From a virus, in the IMG/VR virus record IMGVR_UViG_3300009506_000012, positions 1 to 64,000 of that record: a DNA stretch of 64,000 nucleotides. One strand, 5' to 3'. Made by a program: the position numbers and the translations under genes. Positions 16,920-26,439 of the stretch are shown here, piece by piece (within the stretch, counting starts at the first letter, position 1; each line of letters starts with the position of its first letter). The notes under the pieces were generated by a model. It made no database searches. It saw only the letters and a list, made by a program, of their open reading frames with translations, and was not told the origin of the DNA.

Positions 16920-17795
16920 TTATCCACGATATGGACCATTCCAGCTTTCAAAGAATTCCGGATTGACCCAAATTTCAGTTGGCGAAGTATCACCCATCCG
17001 CCAGGACGTGACCAGGATTTGACCTTTGTTATTGGTGATATCATCCCATTTCTTGATTTCTTCAACAATACGCCGGCCAAGGAACACACGATAGTCACAG
17101 TGTAGAATTCCACAACGCAGATCAGGCTGATAATCGTAACCAGTCTTGAATTTTGTATCGACTTGTGCTGAAGCTGTTTCTTTCAGCCCAAAGATATAAC
17201 GACTGCGCAATTTAGGATCTGACAGTGTTTGATAAGCGTCATTGATTTGTTTGAAACGTTCTTCGGCATTGGGCTCTTTGCAAACGTCCGGATGCCACTG
17301 TCTTGCCATTCTTCGGAAACCTTTACGGATTTCGTCATCAGTTGCGGTTTTAGAAACACCCAGCAACCCGAATAATGTTTGCGTAGACGGATCCCCGGTT
17401 CTCTTTACAGTAGACCCAGAGAAAAAGGCTTGCAATACATCCTCATGAATCAGGATATCCCAGGCACTCGTTACATAATCCATACCAAACGAATGCCAAT
17501 CGTTCTTCTCCTTTGATGTGCCCAGATACTTGACCTTGATTGTACCGGTTTGCAGTTTTGGTTTTGACTTGATAACCGGGATTATTGGCGTTTCGTCATA
17601 ATGTTTTTTGATTAGCTTGGCCAACAAATCAGCATGTTTTGGATGTATAAGCCAATGTGGTTTATCCCAAGCACGATCGCTGCTCGGAATTTTCCATTTC
17701 AGATCATCCAGAAAGTCATGGTCGTAACGTGTCAGGCAAGCAAGCGCACCATCTTTGTCAGTTACAACACATGGTCCATCATAATATTTTCCCAT
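16920..17795 (-). CDS. J-domain (DnaJ-like) co-chaperone fusion protein
   Basis: LLGVSKTATDDEIRKGFRRMARQWHPDVCKEPNAEERFKQINDAYQTLSDP. Confidence 0.9.
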   Translation of the reverse strand: MGKYYDGPCVVTDKDGALACLTRYDHDFLDDLKWKIPSSDRAWDKPHWLIHPKHADLLAKLIKKHYDETPIIPVIKSKPKLQTGTIKVKYLGTSKEKNDWHSFGMDYVTSAWDILIHEDVLQAFFSGSTVKRTGDPSTQTLFGLLGVSKTATDDEIRKGFRRMARQWHPDVCKEPNAEERFKQINDAYQTLSDPKLRSRYIFGLKETASAQVDTKFKTGYDYQPDLRCGILHCDYRVFLGRRIVEEIKKWDDITNNKGQILVTSWRMGDTSPTEIWVNPEFFESWNGPYRG

Positions 17796-17814
17796 AGAAT
17801 TACCTGCTTTCAGT

Positions 17815-17836
17815 GGGGGAGGGATATCCCTCCCCC
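17815..17836. terminator. Perfect 22-bp palindrome after ssb
   Basis: GGGGGAGGGATATCCCTCCCCC; no clear U-tract. Confidence 0.5.
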
Positions 17837-17854
17837 GATAGTTCAGTTGTTATC

Positions 17855-18277
17855 TTAGAACGCGCGCCCCTCAACAGGAGGCGGGGGTGCCTGGTCTGCC
17901 AGTTCTTCTTCCTCATCCGGAGGAGGAGCGGCTTGATTGCCGTTGCCACTACCGCTACCTAAAAAACGAACATTGGATGCGGTTACTTCAAGCTGATCAT
18001 GTACAGTACCCTGCTGATCGACCCAGTGCTTTGCCTCTACACGGCCTTCCACAAAGACTTCCGAGCCTTTCTTCAGCCATTTATTACAAGCCTCACCCTG
18101 TGCCCCCCATACAGCAACCCGGTGCCAGGTCGTGGTCTTGATCTGACTTCCCTTGCTATCAGTATATTGCCGATTGGTGGCCACGTTGAAATTGCAAACG
18201 AAAGTACCAGACGGAATAAAACGGCCTTCAGGGTCTTTTCCTAAGTGTCCAATTAACTCGATACGTTGATGGGTCAT
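17855..18277 (-). CDS. ssb: Single-stranded DNA-binding protein
   Basis: LIGHLGKDPE...TTWHRVAVWG...LKKGSEVFVEGR; acidic tail ending in F. Confidence 0.95.
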   Translation of the reverse strand: MTHQRIELIGHLGKDPEGRFIPSGTFVCNFNVATNRQYTDSKGSQIKTTTWHRVAVWGAQGEACNKWLKKGSEVFVEGRVEAKHWVDQQGTVHDQLEVTASNVRFLGSGSGNGNQAAPPPDEEEELADQAPPPPVEGRAF

Positions 18278-18654
18278 ACTTTTTTCTCCTTAACAGTTGG
18301 ATATGGAATTGCAATACTTTCAAGATACTTGATACGTTTTTCATACAATGATGCCCAGACTTCATAATACATAAAGCATTCATTGTGAACGTGCCAAGGA
18401 TTTTCAGTTCTCAAATTGCCTGTAAAATATTCAAGCGGTAATTTGAACACGCACAGACTTGCAGTTTCTTGTTTCTTCAGCCAGGGAGTGATATGCAAAT
18501 GGACCTCACCTATAGAGCTGTGATTGCGCAAATAGATACCTTGCTTGAAGATACCGGCATCTTTGGCCACCAGTAGCCAGGCGGTTTGTCCAGAGAACCA
18601 TTGTGTTCTGCTGGCATATCGATTTAGTGAGATTCTAAGGTAGTTTTCTGTCAC
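18274..18654 (-). CDS. Hypothetical protein
   Basis: 126-aa ORF overlapping ssb start. Confidence 0.55.
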   Translation of the reverse strand: MTENYLRISLNRYASRTQWFSGQTAWLLVAKDAGIFKQGIYLRNHSSIGEVHLHITPWLKKQETASLCVFKLPLEYFTGNLRTENPWHVHNECFMYYEVWASLYEKRIKYLESIAIPYPTVKEKKV

Positions 18655-18686
18655 TTACTAATCCATGGTATCAGTATTTGGATGCT

Positions 18687-18704
18687 TGCTCCACTAGTGG
18701 AGCA
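18687..18704. promoter_or_regulatory. GCTCCAC-N-GTGGAGC palindrome, copy 3
   Basis: TGCTCCACTAGTGGAGCA, intergenic. Confidence 0.7.
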
Positions 18705-18741
18705 GAGGTTCCCTATGGATAACTATGTATTTCAGGCTTTT

Positions 18742-18760
18742 ATTATACTACGATGTGGTA
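18742..18760 (-). promoter_or_regulatory. -10 hexamer overlapped by TACYAC-N3-GTRGTA palindrome
   Basis: Minus strand TACCAC-ATC-GTAGTATAAT; no good -35. Confidence 0.5.
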
Positions 18761-18948
18761 AGTTCTTCCTTGGTTTTTTGACGTAATTCATTGGCCTGTT
18801 CCAATACAGCAGGGACTGCATCAAGAATTTGACCAGCATCCATAGACTTGTCAATGAGAAACTCTTGCCGGCGAACAAGAAACTTGAATACCGTATCATC
18901 AATCAGTTCGTTAAGCGTTTCTAATTCTTTCTGATTTAGCTTTTTCAC
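18748..18948 (-). CDS. Hypothetical protein
   Basis: 66-aa ORF, AAGGAG SD. Confidence 0.6.
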   Translation of the reverse strand: MKKLNQKELETLNELIDDTVFKFLVRRQEFLIDKSMDAGQILDAVPAVLEQANELRQKTKEELTTS

Positions 18949-19847
18949 TAGACTCCTTTCAGTTCATATTGGCCAACAGCAATCCGCTGGAATTCAGGAT
19001 TTTGTCCCACGGTCTGACGGACTTTTTCCTGCCAATGCGGATTTGCTTTAGCCTTATCAGTTCCTTCAATGGCCTCGTATAGCTCCTGAAGCGTAGCTAT
19101 TTTCCCACGACTGCGTAAAGTATGAGCCACCAGGTTACGCCAGGTCACATTACTCATATTGACCCGGTTGATTCCAGACACGATTGCAACATCCAGGGCC
19201 ATCATGTATCCAGACTTCTGCCATACCAGCAATTTCTCGTGCATAATAGGCACAAATCCATTGGCTCCGGACCATTTCCCACCACGCATCGAGGTCACAT
19301 TATTCTGCACTTTGATGATTTCCTCTTTGAGGGTACCTGGACAATTCAGTTCGAGCATAGAAGCCAGGGGATAAAACTCTCCGCTTTTACGCATATTGCC
19401 CATCAGAATTGCATAATACCCACCACGCTTCAAAGCCCGATAGATATTCATGGTGGCCAGGAGAGTCTTTTCCAGAAACTCATCAACGTCCTTGCATTGA
19501 CTGAGATCATCCGGATGCGATGAATAAGTGATCATTGTGTGATAAGGAGGATGGAAAAAACAGGTTGCAGCTTCCTCGCCCAACACATTCAACAGGTCAT
19601 CTTTCAGTAAATTAAATCCTTGCTGAAGATCAAAACCGGCGTAGCGAATACTCATACTTGCAGCTACATCACGACTGGTGCCGCTACCTTCAGCAGGATC
19701 CACGAACAGTTCTTCACGATTCCGATGCCAGCGCTCGAGGAAACCATAGACTACATGTCCGGACGTATTTCCACGGAAATCAGACCGACCCCAGGGACCG
19801 CGATTTGGAAAACTTACAACGCTATTCTGGATTTTCATCGATTCCAT
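18948..19847 (-). CDS. N4-C/N6-A DNA methyltransferase with C-terminal winged helix
   Basis: FVDPAEGSGTS (motif I), FFHPPYHTMITYS (motif IV), LKRGG, C-terminal LQELYEAI...WQEKVRQ. Confidence 0.85.
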   Translation of the reverse strand: MESMKIQNSVVSFPNRGPWGRSDFRGNTSGHVVYGFLERWHRNREELFVDPAEGSGTSRDVAASMSIRYAGFDLQQGFNLLKDDLLNVLGEEAATCFFHPPYHTMITYSSHPDDLSQCKDVDEFLEKTLLATMNIYRALKRGGYYAILMGNMRKSGEFYPLASMLELNCPGTLKEEIIKVQNNVTSMRGGKWSGANGFVPIMHEKLLVWQKSGYMMALDVAIVSGINRVNMSNVTWRNLVAHTLRSRGKIATLQELYEAIEGTDKAKANPHWQEKVRQTVGQNPEFQRIAVGQYELKGV

Positions 19848-20373
19848 AGGTTTTATCAGAAATCATATCAGTACATAAATTGAATATATCTAGTGCTTGG
19901 GCTCCGGACAAAGGACGTACCGCATTATCATCAATAGTGACCATGGCACGTATTTTAGTCAATGCCTGTTTCAATTGCTGAATACGTTGAAGATAAGGAT
20001 TTTCTTTTCTTTCAGCCAATTCACGAACGAACCAACTAACCTGATCAAGTTGACGCTGTTCAAATGAATTACGATCCATATATGTAAAAAGCATATTTAT
20101 AGTCCAATGAAGAATACGTTGTTCAATCAGGGGATGAACAATCAATTCAAGTTCTGCAAGTTTATTATGTCCTCGAGCATTGACTTCGAGAGAATCGTCT
20201 TTGAACATTTCCAATTCTTTCAAGGCACCCATCATCAAAGCAATTTCACTATAATTGAAACCCATATCTAAAATGGGTCCGACATTCTGATTTTTCTCTG
20301 GGTGTGCCAGTGTTTTGAGTACAAGATATTGCAGAATAATACGTTCATCATTAGAAAATTCTTTTGTTGTCAT
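19822..20373 (-). CDS. Hypothetical protein
   Basis: 183-aa ORF. Confidence 0.6.
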   Translation of the reverse strand: MTTKEFSNDERIILQYLVLKTLAHPEKNQNVGPILDMGFNYSEIALMMGALKELEMFKDDSLEVNARGHNKLAELELIVHPLIEQRILHWTINMLFTYMDRNSFEQRQLDQVSWFVRELAERKENPYLQRIQQLKQALTKIRAMVTIDDNAVRPLSGAQALDIFNLCTDMISDKTYGIDENPE

Positions 20374-20669
20374 GAATTTTCCTTTTCCACTTTATTCATC
20401 AATTTGAGTATCACGGCATCACGTTCCTCTTGGGATAAACCTTCAAGAGAAGCCATGTTCTTATATTTCTTATCAGTTTCAGTTTCTACATTTGCAATTT
20501 TAATCAACTTGTCAAGCACAGCATCCCAACTGATAAACGGTAAACTGCCACCATTGGGAAAGATGATACGCTGCACACCCTGAATGCGCTTGACTTGCAG
20601 GTTCAGTTCATGATCAGCAATATATCGCTGGCAAATAGCTTTATTCGCTCTTGCCATCATCATCATCAT
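20370..20669 (-). CDS. Hypothetical protein
   Basis: 99-aa ORF; start uncertain. Confidence 0.55.
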   Translation of the reverse strand: MMMMMARANKAICQRYIADHELNLQVKRIQGVQRIIFPNGGSLPFISWDAVLDKLIKIANVETETDKKYKNMASLEGLSQEERDAVILKLMNKVEKENS

Positions 20670-20786
20670 CCTTCATCATCCTACCAGTAGGAGGATACAA
20701 AATTGTCAGAATTTCTTTTGCCAGGCTTAACAGTCCAGTTGCCATACCTACAAGCATTTTTACAAACCACATAGTTTTATTCCTTT

Positions 20787-20803
20787 GCTCCACATTGTGG
20801 AGC
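20787..20803. promoter_or_regulatory. GCTCCAC-N-GTGGAGC palindrome, copy 4
   Basis: GCTCCACATTGTGGAGC right after a stop and before an AAGGA SD on minus strand. Confidence 0.7.
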
Positions 20804-20950
20804 CTAAACCGATCCTAGTAAGCTATTGAACCAATCCAATAGACCAGCCAGTATCAACAAGCCAACTCCAATCAGTAACAAGAGAGTCGCGCCAACTTTG
20901 CCCATAAGATTCCACCATATCCAGAATTCTTTTTTCAGTTTTACAACCAT
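20804..20950 (-). CDS. Small membrane protein
   Basis: Manual read MVVKLKKEFWIWWNLMGKVGATLLLLIGVGLLILAGLLDWFNSLLGSV. Confidence 0.5.
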   Translation of the reverse strand: MVVKLKKEFWIWWNLMGKVGATLLLLIGVGLLILAGLLDWFNSLLGSV

Positions 20951-20956
20951 TTTTCA

Positions 20957-21280
20957 TTATCCAAAATAGCCGAATTCTTGAGCAATACCCCAGTACACTC
21001 CATCATTTTCATCTCCGGCAATCAGATCAGCCATTTCTAAAGCTGGATGATCGAATTCGTTATTCTGCCACTGTTTAGACTTTTTTCCAGTACAGGTGAT
21101 TTGATGTTGTTTCAGGGTTTCTTCAGTAAAGGGTTTACTTTTTCGTGATCGAGTACGACCACATCGGTTGCATTCCAGGCCACTATGCACATCATTCATG
21201 TGCTGCTTGAGGCTTTCTTCCGTGAACGGTTTTCCACTGTTCAAAGAGACATCCATATCGCAAATCTTACATCGAGGCAT
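20957..21280 (-). CDS. Tandem C2H2/C2HC-like zinc-finger protein
   Basis: CKIC-x-KPFTEESLKQHMNDVH and CNRC-x-KPFTEETLKQHQITC; start moved to 21280. Confidence 0.7.
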   Translation of the reverse strand: MPRCKICDMDVSLNSGKPFTEESLKQHMNDVHSGLECNRCGRTRSRKSKPFTEETLKQHQITCTGKKSKQWQNNEFDHPALEMADLIAGDENDGVYWGIAQEFGYFG

Positions 21281-21680
21281 GATACTGTGTATCCAATTCT
21301 GTAACAAAATCCAGAATGCTCTTTTTGAATACGGCACTATAGTTCAGAAAGCCAACAAGTTTAGCAATTGCTTCAATATGTTCTTTGCTGAAGGCTTCTT
21401 CTTCCATGTATTCTGTAATCCATGGAATGGTATTGGGTTCAAGTTCACCCCATTTAGTACCATCAATAAAATCAGTTTCTATGTAAGTAGCATCATGATC
21501 ATAAGCATGTTGCGCTCTTACAATCAAGATAGAATCATCTGTAGTTTTGATGAAAATAGTGTTATCAGTTGATTGTATAGCTTTAATTTTTTTACCGAGA
21601 ATTTCTTTCAAAATATCATTCATTTTTATTATCCTTGTCCTAAGTAAAGAATATTTGAGCTTCTTTAGTAGCTTTAGCAA
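21267..21680 (-). CDS. Hypothetical protein
   Basis: ORF in operon; true start probably ~21623. Confidence 0.55.
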   Translation of the reverse strand: MLKLLKKLKYSLLRTRIIKMNDILKEILGKKIKAIQSTDNTIFIKTTDDSILIVRAQHAYDHDATYIETDFIDGTKWGELEPNTIPWITEYMEEEAFSKEHIEAIAKLVGFLNYSAVFKKSILDFVTELDTQYHASM

Positions 21681-21948
21681 TTAAGCTTATAGGTACATTG
21701 AAATGAGAGGCCCAAATATGCAAAGTTTCATCTTCAATTTCGACTCCTCGTTTCAACTCAAGGAAAATCCAATCTCGAATTTCAAGGAATTTCATTTGAG
21801 TACGGCAACGAAGAATTTCGCTAATAGCATCATCAATTGCATCGATACACACTTCAGGATCTTCAAGACGTTCAATTAGATCAGGCATTTTATATCCTTC
21901 CTTCACGTTTCCATTTCTCTTTGATTTCAAGCCCCATGACAATTCCAT
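21640..21948 (-). CDS. Hypothetical protein
   Basis: ORF in operon; true start probably ~21888. Confidence 0.55.
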   Translation of the reverse strand: MELSWGLKSKRNGNVKEGYKMPDLIERLEDPEVCIDAIDDAISEILRCRTQMKFLEIRDWIFLELKRGVEIEDETLHIWASHFNVPISLIAKATKEAQIFFT

Positions 21949-21999
21949 AAGGCAATCTCAATATATGCAAACGCCACATACGTTTAAGCCAGATCCACA

Positions 22000-22353
22000 T
22001 TACAAATTCCCATCATCTCCAATGCCATGACCCATTTGACCGCTATAGTTTTGCATTGTTTGCCAGTTCTGTGCTGCTCTTGGAAATGTTGATCGGAAAA
22101 AATGTAATTCAGCTTCTAAATCTTTGATTTGATTCTGAAGTTCTGCAATTTCGTGTTCAAGAGATAACATATGCTGATCAACAAAATCAGGTAATGGTGG
22201 TTCGGGTTCAGGATATACAGGCTTTGGGTTTACATCCTTATAGGGAATCCCACAATGCTTACAGAAATCATCAGGGGCATCAAAATCACCACACAAAGGA
22301 CATCGTTTCATTGTGGCTCCACTGGATTGTACGCTTGAGGTATTGGAGCCCAA
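22000..22353 (-). CDS. Zinc-ribbon plus coiled-coil protein
   Basis: CPLC...CKHC then leucine heptads. Confidence 0.6.
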   Translation of the reverse strand: MGSNTSSVQSSGATMKRCPLCGDFDAPDDFCKHCGIPYKDVNPKPVYPEPEPPLPDFVDQHMLSLEHEIAELQNQIKDLEAELHFFRSTFPRAAQNWQTMQNYSGQMGHGIGDDGNL

Positions 22354-22523
22354 CCAACCATCGTTATTGAATTCATGGCAAGACCTGTATCCATAGTAAC
22401 AGCACCTGCAAAAACTTCAGCAAGAGCAACATAATGCCCACCATATTCAGATTCGCACAGTACGACTACCTGTTCACCTGGATGATCTCGGACGGCTTTT
22501 TTGAAATCCGAATTCCAATTCAT
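22308..22523 (-). CDS. Hypothetical protein
   Basis: 71-aa ORF ending VGWAPIP, AAGGA SD. Confidence 0.55.
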   Translation of the reverse strand: MNWNSDFKKAVRDHPGEQVVVLCESEYGGHYVALAEVFAGAVTMDTGLAMNSITMVGWAPIPQAYNPVEPQ

Positions 22524-22705
22524 TCTTTTCCTTTCATTTTGAATATCAGTTCAACGAATCTTGCAATCATCAAAAGACAATAACCCAGGATCCGTATCGG
22601 GAGAGGAGCATTTTCAATCATTAATCATTCCATCAGAATCATGCAGGATACATCCAATTGCAACCAGTATGATGCCAATAGCCCATACCAGTTCATTAAC
22701 CGGTA

Positions 22706-23017
22706 TCATTCCAGATCCGGGATATCATTTTCGTGAATGAACATTATGACCGTACCCTGTTCACCTATTGAAATTGCAATTGCAGGATGACAATCACAAT
22801 CGTTAACAGTAGGGTGATCCAAACTGAGCATCAAACAGGAATCATCATGTGCAACATCTACATCTGCATATCCACATACTCGATCTTTCAATACATGCTT
22901 TGCCATATCCTGTACATGAGTTTCAAGAATATAGGAACAAACACCTTCTCCGGACTTGATTCCTTTCTGGACTTCTTCATCAGTATAGATAATGACTTCT
23001 GGTTTATTTTCCATCAT
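22706..23017 (-). CDS. Hypothetical protein
   Basis: 103-aa ORF, GAGG SD. Confidence 0.6.
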   Translation of the reverse strand: MMENKPEVIIYTDEEVQKGIKSGEGVCSYILETHVQDMAKHVLKDRVCGYADVDVAHDDSCLMLSLDHPTVNDCDCHPAIAISIGEQGTVIMFIHENDIPDLE

Positions 23018-23328
23018 TCCTCTTTTAGTTCGTTTTGCCTCATTGCATACGCAGTTTGTGGAAGTCTTGTATTGAGCCTTTCAGGAACCACAAGGATTTC
23101 AGCCTCAATACATAAGTAGGAGCTTTACCAGTTCTTATTCCCATTCATCAAAACTGCATTATTCTCCTCACACCACAACTCACGATAGTATGCAATACGC
23201 CATCCCATGTGAATTCAATGTGATCTGTATGTTCTTTTCCAGCATCTTTTACCTACCAATTAGTATACGGACGCTATGTTCAGCCCAAATCCTGCCGAAA
23301 ACAAAAAAATCACCGAATTTTCCGGATT

Positions 23329-23679
23329 CTAGTCGGATTCTTCGGAATTTGCTTGAAAATCGTCAAGTTGTGGCATATAAGCCCAGGCTACCAATTTGCT
23401 TGTATTCTTGGTGGCCAGGTACTTTGCAGCTTCTACGGTTATGATGTGAATTGCTTTGAGGTCCTCTTTAGGGTCATAGAACAGGCCCAAAACGAATTCA
23501 TCAATCATAGTGGCTAACGCATTCATGTCCATATTCCATCGATGATGGTACTTATGGTGTTCGATCAGTGTTCTGTAGCCGTCAAGCTGTTTTTGCAGTT
23601 CAGCCTTTTCATGGCGCAGTAGTGTGAGTTCAGCGAACGCACGTTCAATATCTTCGGTTTCATAGGAATCGCGTGTCAC
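23329..23679 (-). CDS. Hypothetical protein
   Basis: GTG start at 23679 after AAGGA SD. Confidence 0.6.
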   Translation of the reverse strand: MTRDSYETEDIERAFAELTLLRHEKAELQKQLDGYRTLIEHHKYHHRWNMDMNALATMIDEFVLGLFYDPKEDLKAIHIITVEAAKYLATKNTSKLVAWAYMPQLDDFQANSEESD

Positions 23680-23691
23680 TTGATTTCCTTT

Positions 23692-23706
23692 CTCCACATG
23701 GTGGAG
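23692..23706. promoter_or_regulatory. CTCCAC-N-GTGGAG palindrome, copy 5
   Basis: CTCCACATGGTGGAG between promoter and SD. Confidence 0.65.
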
Positions 23707-23751
23707 GGGGAGCAGGATGTCTCAGCGTCACCCTGCGTCCCTCCCATTTCA

Positions 23752-23780
23752 GTTATACTCTAACTACTACCAGTTGTCAA
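23752..23780 (-). promoter_or_regulatory. sigma70-type promoter
   Basis: TTGACA-17 bp-TATAAC. Confidence 0.75.
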
Positions 23781-23782
23781 TA

Positions 23783-23890
23783 CTATGGGCAGGTCGCAGC
23801 TACGTGCAGGGTGTACCAGGTCAACAGGAACACCAGTGCCCAAGCCAAGCCGCGTAGGAATTTGTAGAAGTTCTCATTCACACGGTGCAT
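23783..23890 (-). CDS. Small membrane peptide
   Basis: Manual read MHRVNENFYKFLRGLAWALVFLLTWYTLHVAATCP, GAGG SD. Confidence 0.5.
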   Translation of the reverse strand: MHRVNENFYKFLRGLAWALVFLLTWYTLHVAATCP

Positions 23891-23907
23891 TGTACCTCTG
23901 AAGTCAC

Positions 23908-23948
23908 AGTGCATCCCCCGGCGAAATGTGCATGCCGAGGGACGCACT
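23908..23948. terminator. GC-rich hairpin after early operon
   Basis: AGTGCATCCCCCGGC...GCCGAGGGACGCACT. Confidence 0.45.
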
Positions 23949-24005
23949 TGTGCTATTCAGTTCAGGGGTGCTATGTCAGTATCCAGCAGGGCTAACCGGT
24001 TAGGG

Positions 24006-24986
24006 TTAGAGTTCTACAGTAATGCCAGGCTGACTGGTGATAGCCGTTGCAGCGGCCAAGCGGGTAGCCAGGGAGTCGCTGCCCCACTGAGGCAGACGAA
24101 TGGGCTCCATCAGCATGCCGCCATCGCTACGGCGCATGATGGGCGTGCGGTACGGCCAATCCTTCAGGGTGATTTCGCCGCCAGTGTACAGCGGTACCAT
24201 GTAATCTGCATCAGGTACACCAGCATTGACTTGTACCTCCGCAGTTTCCAGGTTGTCACGCATTTCGCGGTTGACACGAGCAGCCTGCCGGTTGACGAAG
24301 CGGCGCTGTTCGTTCATTTCTTCAGGATTGTCTGCGTTGACCACGGCCATGACCTGCTGGGCACGTTCGATCAGTTTCGGGCCAATAGAAATCGACACAT
24401 TGACATCTTCGCTGAGCATGGCGCTACCAGTCAGGCAGTACCAAAAGATCCAGGGGTTCTCGCTACGCACCGTGAAGGAATCTTCATAGGAGCGTTTGTA
24501 GAGCTTGCCTTGCAGCAAGTCCAGGCGGTTCCAGCCCTCATTGGGGATATCGCGCTGATCGACCGTGAGCGTGTATTTCACGCCTTCGAGTTCGACCGTG
24601 ACAGCATCACGAGCAGGATCATACGCGCTACTCACATATGCCATCGTTCCAGTGCCGAAGGTAGCAAAGAGCTTCTCGACCGGGGCGACCAGGATCAGGT
24701 TGGCGTTGCCGAACACACCACCAGCAACATACTTGGCCACCATCTCCAAGCCGGCCTTGCAAGCCAGGAGGTTGTTGGACAGTGACAGGTCGCGCATCGG
24801 GTCATAGGGGCGATCCGAGTGATAGGCGACCAGGCGGTGGGAATTGCCGTTGGCAGTGGTTTCCAGAAGGACGTTCAAAGCAGTATTGACAGTGGTTTGG
24901 GTGGTTGTGTTTGTATCGGACATAGTATTCTCGACTTCAGCAGCGTTCTCAACAGTAGTAGAAGGTTGGGTCTGTTTCTTAGCCAT
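24006..24986 (-). CDS. Hypothetical protein
   Basis: 326-aa ORF, higher GC than neighbours. Confidence 0.75.
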   Translation of the reverse strand: MAKKQTQPSTTVENAAEVENTMSDTNTTTQTTVNTALNVLLETTANGNSHRLVAYHSDRPYDPMRDLSLSNNLLACKAGLEMVAKYVAGGVFGNANLILVAPVEKLFATFGTGTMAYVSSAYDPARDAVTVELEGVKYTLTVDQRDIPNEGWNRLDLLQGKLYKRSYEDSFTVRSENPWIFWYCLTGSAMLSEDVNVSISIGPKLIERAQQVMAVVNADNPEEMNEQRRFVNRQAARVNREMRDNLETAEVQVNAGVPDADYMVPLYTGGEITLKDWPYRTPIMRRSDGGMLMEPIRLPQWGSDSLATRLAAATAITSQPGITVEL

Positions 24987-24991
24987 AGTGA

Positions 24992-26428
24992 TTAGAGGGT
25001 TTCAGTGATGCCAAGGCGCTCGAATTCAGCTTCGAACTGGTTTCGCGGCGCTTTGACCTTTTCAGCAACATAGGACAAGAAACGTCCGGGCAGAATTTCA
25101 GGCTTCTGCTTCTTAGCGCCCTGGAAGTCGTGCCGTTCCAGAACATCGATCAGGTTATAGCCTTTATTCTGCTTCTGCACAGAGATGCAGGCATTCAGTA
25201 GTTTGGTTGACCACACAGCGAATGGCAGATGGGCCGTTTCGCTGAATGTCTCGTTATCCCCCAATATCATTTCCCCCGAATCGTTCACGTGAGCATGTTT
25301 CCCAACATACGAGAAATCATGGCTCTCGAAGAACTTATACCGGCTCATCTGATAGTCAAAAACTTCATTCCAGACAGCACGAGTATCTTCTGGGGTCCAA
25401 TCCTTGTACCACTTGTCACCCAGGTCACGTTTCAGGATCCCGTTCAGCTTCCACATGGTGTCGTGCATGAACGAAATTGCAAAGTGATTCTTGTCATCTT
25501 CAGGAATGCGATAGGAGATCGCTCCATCAGTTTCGTACTTGGTTGGCACCCAGATTTCACCCCAGAGCATGCGCTCAAAACGAGTGTTTTCCCGGTCCAG
25601 CCAGTCCTGTGCCCGTTTCTGAACGTTCGCACCCAGATCGGCATTGTGTTCAGCAGCCAGTTCTTGTGCATGGCGCATGTTGTTCATAAGCGCAATTTCT
25701 TCTGCACTGGTCTTGCCGCGCTTGTAGCGGGGATCCAGCTTCAGAACGGCCAGCTGTCCGATCGCGGCGGCCAGGGTCTGATTGAGGGTTTCAATCATGG
25801 CCTCATCGCGGTATGCTTCCGGGATTGCCATCAGTGCGGGCATGCTTTCATCTTGGATGGTTTCAATCAGGTCTTGTTTCTCGCGGATTTCTGCGAAGAA
25901 AGCCTGATCTTCAACAGCCTGGTTGTGAGCTTCTTCAGCCGTGAGCTTCACCGTATTAATGAATTCGCCCAGCACAGCGAATGGATCTTTTGCAGGTTCG
26001 GGTTTTTCAATTTTTGGTGCAGCAGCCTTTTTCTCTGCCTGCTTCTTTGCACAGGCCTGCTCATGTGAGTACAGCCCAATAGCTGATTTGCATGCACGTG
26101 AGCAATATTGACAGATATGCTCTTTCACAACATCCTCTTTCTGCTCTATCACAGTAGTAGCAATAGAGTCATCTAATACACCAACATTAGCTATTGTTTC
26201 TTCAATAGCTTTACGTTTGTTGGCTTTAGTCTTAGGCTTATTAGCCTTAGCGCTGGGCTTGCTAGTGCCCTTATTAGCGCCCTTGTCAGTAACAGGCTCA
26301 TCAATGAGGTCAGGATGCATCTCAAAGTTATGCCATGCAGCCATATCCTCCTGGGACATAGGCCCAGAGAAATCAAAGTCCTGCTTGCAGATGTCACAGT
26401 GGTACAGAAGGTCATTAGTAGTAGTCAT
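24992..26428 (-). CDS. Zinc-finger-containing protein
   Basis: CDIC...H...H and HICQYCSRACKSAIGLYSHEQAC; AAGGAGATAT SD. Confidence 0.75.
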   Translation of the reverse strand: MTTTNDLLYHCDICKQDFDFSGPMSQEDMAAWHNFEMHPDLIDEPVTDKGANKGTSKPSAKANKPKTKANKRKAIEETIANVGVLDDSIATTVIEQKEDVVKEHICQYCSRACKSAIGLYSHEQACAKKQAEKKAAAPKIEKPEPAKDPFAVLGEFINTVKLTAEEAHNQAVEDQAFFAEIREKQDLIETIQDESMPALMAIPEAYRDEAMIETLNQTLAAAIGQLAVLKLDPRYKRGKTSAEEIALMNNMRHAQELAAEHNADLGANVQKRAQDWLDRENTRFERMLWGEIWVPTKYETDGAISYRIPEDDKNHFAISFMHDTMWKLNGILKRDLGDKWYKDWTPEDTRAVWNEVFDYQMSRYKFFESHDFSYVGKHAHVNDSGEMILGDNETFSETAHLPFAVWSTKLLNACISVQKQNKGYNLIDVLERHDFQGAKKQKPEILPGRFLSYVAEKVKAPRNQFEAEFERLGITETL

Positions 26429-26439
26429 GTCATATCTCC

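Noticed and set aside
23928-26068. Long plus-strand ORFs (285 and 279 aa)
   Set aside because: Antisense frames kept open by codon bias of the minus-strand genes; no SD or recognisable motif
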